Assembly: GCF_902713615.1 (NCBI RefSeq)
Contig: NC_052146.1
Location: 23,550,234-23,614,233, forward strand
DNA from: Scyliorhinus canicula
Lineage: Eukaryota
DNA length: 64,000 nt
Direction: 5' to 3'
This document shows positions 62,800-64,000 of this stretch, in pieces; position 1 is the first letter of the stretch; every line of letters begins with the position of its first letter. The translations under genes and the position numbers were made by a program. The notes below the pieces were generated by a model. It had not been told where the DNA came from. It ran no database searches and worked only from the letters and a program-made list of their open reading frames with translations.

Positions 62800-64000
62800 T
62801 GTGAGAAAGCTTGAGGATGTGGGCTCTCGCCAGTTGGGTTAGAGGAACTGGTCAAGGGACTAGGGAGCATGCTGGCGGGGAAGGCACCAGGGCCAGATGG
62901 GTTCCCGGTGGAATTCTACAGGAAATACGTGGACCTGTTGGGCCCGCTGCTGGTTAGGACTTTCAACGAGGCGGGGGGGGGGGGGGGGGGGTGTCCTGCC
63001 CCCGACGATGTCTAGGGCGCTGATCTCTCTGATTTTGAAGCGCGACAAGGACCCTTTACAGTGCGGGTCTAATATGGTGATTTCACTTCTCAATGAGAAC
63101 CCACATTAAGCGGGTTCACAGGAGTATTATGGGGTTTGTGTGGGGTTTGATGGTGGAGGGGGAGGGTGGGAAGGGTGTTTCTGGGGGGGGGGGGGGGCTG
63201 GGGCTGGCGTTGCCTAACCTGCGGGTATTAGTGGGCTGCCAACGTGGCGATGGTACGCAAGTAGGTAATGGTGGGGGAGGGGGCGGCATGGAAGAGGTTG
63301 ACGATGGCGTCCTGTGTGGGCACGAACCTGGGGACGCTGGTGACGGCACCGCTGCCGTCCCCTCCGATGAGGTACACTACGAGCCCGGTGGTGGCAGCGA
63401 CCCTCAAAATCTGGGGGCAGTGGAGACGTCACAGGGGGAAGGGGGGGCCTTGGTGTAGTCTCCAGTACGAGAGAACCATCGGTTTGCCCCGGGGAATATT
63501 GATGGGAGGTTCCAGAGCTGGTACAGAGCGGGTATTAGGAGGACTGGGGACCTGTTCATCGACGGGAAGTCTGCAAGCCTTAAGGGACTGGAGGAGGAGG
63601 AGGCCTCGGTGGAGGAGTTAAAAGGTAAGTGGGAGGAGGAACTGGGGGAGGAGATCGATGAGGGTACGTGGGTGGCTGCCTTGGGAAGAGTAAATTCTTC
63701 CTCCTTTTGCGCTAGGCTCAGCCTTATACAATTTAAGGTGCTGCACAGGGCGCATATGACCGAGGCAAGGCTGAGTCGGTTTTTTGGGAGTGAGGATAGA
63801 TGTGCGAGGTGTTCGGGGGGGTCCAGCAAACCATACCCACATGTTCTGGGCATGCCCAGCGTTAGAGGAGTTCTGGAGGGGCGTAGCGAGGACGGTGTCA
63901 AGGATGGTGAATTCCAGGGTTAAGCCAGGCTGGGGGCTCGCAATATTTGGGGTGTCGGATGAGCCGGGAGTGCAGAAGGCGAAAGAGGCCGGTATTCTGG
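62800..64000 (+). mobile_element. Internally deleted L1/Tx1-like ORF2 fragments, running off the window
   Basis: GKAPGPDGFPVEFY, LALPNLR, ARLSLIQFKVLHRAH, CARC motifs. Confidence 0.88.

Overview
Repeat-saturated vertebrate genomic DNA, most likely a shark (inferred from HE1/HER1-type SINE and CR1 families, not verified). The only clear host gene is a mitochondrial aldehyde dehydrogenase (ALDH2-like, + strand). Three of its exons are visible: 26985-27125, 30241-30320 and 62137-62248, matching the sizes and phases of human exons 3, 4 and 5. Exons 1-2 were not found, and a 500-N scaffold gap lies at 20975-21474. Nearly everything else is nested transposable elements: L1/Tx1-like LINEs, a near full-length CR1 with an esterase ORF1, two LTR-bounded Ty3/Gypsy elements with TSDs, a hAT (Buster/Charlie-type) remnant, a Harbinger-type MITE and many tRNA-derived SINEs with swapped tails. 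The most unusual segment is 57.2-59.8 kb in the 31.8-kb intron. It holds an intact, intronless 122-aa PSMG3 copy, followed directly by a Gypsy protease remnant, a diverged intronless NAP1L-like fragment and a probable Gypsy integrase C-terminus. This is a candidate host-gene-capturing LTR element. All protein identifications are by motif recognition from memory; no database searches were run, and coordinates of old repeats are approximate.
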